A stretch of 64,000 bases of DNA, taken from positions 64,001 through 128,000 of the forward strand of contig CAWJIM010000018.1 in NCBI GenBank assembly GCA_963842945.1, given 5' to 3'. Position numbers and translations under genes: made by a program. This document shows, piece after piece, positions 62,670-64,000 of this stretch. A model generated the notes under the pieces. It did no database searches, was not told the DNA's origin, and worked only from the letters and a program-made list of their open reading frames with translations. Positions within the stretch are counted from its first letter, which is position 1. The number at the start of each line of letters is the position of its first letter. Source of the DNA: an uncultured Gemmatimonadales bacterium (lineage in GTDB: Bacteria; Gemmatimonadota; Gemmatimonadetes; Gemmatimonadales; GWC2-71-9).

Positions 62670-62748
62670 CGGTACGTCGCGGTCAGTTCGGTGGGCCGGC
62701 GCCGGCGTAGCGGTGCGGCGGCTCATCGAGATCGGGCTGACCCGAGGG
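62670..62748 (-). promoter_or_regulatory. conserved leader motif, copy 2
   Basis: Collinear similarity to 60970-61049. Confidence 0.6.
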
Positions 62749-62970
62749 ACGAGAGAGGGACTCGACCCGAAGTACGGCGGCTACGGGACTTGCGCGGGTG
62801 GCCCTGAAGGCAGGCCCTGCCGCGTTGGTCGAGTATCGGTCAGGAACGTGGGAGCTTTAGCGCCTAGTGTGCGATTGGACTGACCAGCAGAGGTTCAGGA
62901 CGGACCTTAGCAGCGCGGGGGGAGTGTGGCTGGGCGGCTTGAGCAGGCTAACTCGGCGGTCCCTTCGTGA

Positions 62971-64000
62971 TCAAGTTTCCTCATTTCGCACACTGCCTGG
63001 GGGTACCCCCACCGAGATCGTCTGCGCAGGCGGCGGCTCGTTCACTGTATGCTGCGCGGTAGCGGAGCTGCCTTGGAAGCTCGCGTTTCCCTCATAGGTG
63101 GCGCTGATTGTTCGGCTGCCGGTTCCGTTGGGGGTGTAGCTGCAGTTCCCCGAGGGTGCACTTCCGGTGCAGCCGCCGCCACTTTCATCAGTGATGGTGA
63201 CGGTGCCACCGGGAGTTCCTGACCCAGAGGTGACGGTGAAGCTCACGGTAATCTGCTGCCCCGGATCGGAGGGCTCAGGGTTGTGATTCGTGATGGTCGT
63301 GGTGGTGGCAGCCGGCTGTGGCGGCGGCGGTTCATTCACGGTGTGCTGGTCCGTGTCGCTGCTGCCCTGGAAGCTCTGGTTCCCCTCGTAGGTTGCAGTG
63401 ATGGTTCGACTCCCACTCCCGCTGGGGGTATAGCTACAGCTGCCGGAGGGAGCATTCCCCGTACATCCGCCACCGTTCGCGTCACTTATTCGCACCGTCC
63501 CGTTCGGAGTGCCCGAACTCGAGGTCACGCTAAAGGTCACCGTGATCTGCTGCCCCGGATCCGATGGATCTGGATTGTCACTCGTGAGCTCCGTCGTCGT
63601 AGTTCGCCGGGGGCGGCGCCTTGGCCTCCGCGTCGTGGTCTCTGCTATCGGTGCCACCCCGATCGTCCGTCACCACCAGAGTGACCTTGTACTTGCCGGG
63701 CGTCGTGTACGTATGACTCGGATTCGTCTCAGTCGAGCTGGTGCCGTCGCCGAAGGTCCAGCTGTGGCTCTGGATCGTCCCGTCATCGTCGGTGCTGCGA
63801 TCCTGGAACCCGCAGGTCATGTCAGTGCAGTGGACCTCGAATTCGGCATGCGGCGCCTTGTTCTCAGGCGGTGGTGGGGGCGCCTTGGCCTCTGCGTCAT
63901 GGTCCCTGCTATCGGTCCCACCCCGATCGTCCGTCACCACCAGAGTGACCTTGTACTTGCCGGGCGTGGTGTACGTATGACTCGGATTCGTCTCCGTCGA
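62971..64000 (-). CDS. PKD + bacterial Ig-like repeat surface protein (5'-partial; frameshift near 63600)
   Basis: WTFGDG..NPSHTY..PGKYKVTLVVTDD PKD repeats; two Ig-like repeats (PS.PGQ.IT..TP.GTV..TATYEG). Confidence 0.85.

Noticed and set aside
63618..63994. Diversity-generating retroelement TR/VR pair
   Set aside because: Both copies are in-frame domains, differences are not adenine-specific, and no reverse transcriptase is in the window

Overview
GC-rich bacterial chromosomal window, most likely Gemmatimonadota (inferred from gene families and repeat types, not from a marker search). Frameshifts in essential genes suggest a long-read assembly with indel errors. Layout: (1) 1-4059, accessory small genes and relics, including a truncated c-di-GMP-I-like riboswitch and a collapsed attC-like site. 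(2) 4060-11638, a ~7.5 kb integrated element bounded by a 56-bp direct repeat of the tRNA-Leu(TAA) 3' end. It carries a tyrosine integrase, arm/IHF-like sites, possible satellite-like relics, and kinase/hydrolase cargo. (3) 11.7-58.3 kb, mostly minus-strand housekeeping genes (galK, recN, nadK, dxs, ispA, xseBA, folD, rny, zapA, pheTS, rplT-rpmI-infC with an L20-leader-like attenuator, arcA, rex, rsmA, a partner-switching trio, pta, coaD, recJ, dnaG, mutS2, rpsU, dnaJ, hrcA, hemW, dprA, obgE, rfaE). (4) tRNA-Val(CAC), two paralogous 'MTY..RR' lipoproteins with a glycoside-hydrolase-like domain, and a PKD/Ig repeat protein. The two most novel signals are a pair of inverted ~90-nt hairpins with compensatory base changes and a conserved 26-nt loop (52640-52865), and an ~80-nt structured leader conserved upstream of both lipoprotein paralogs.
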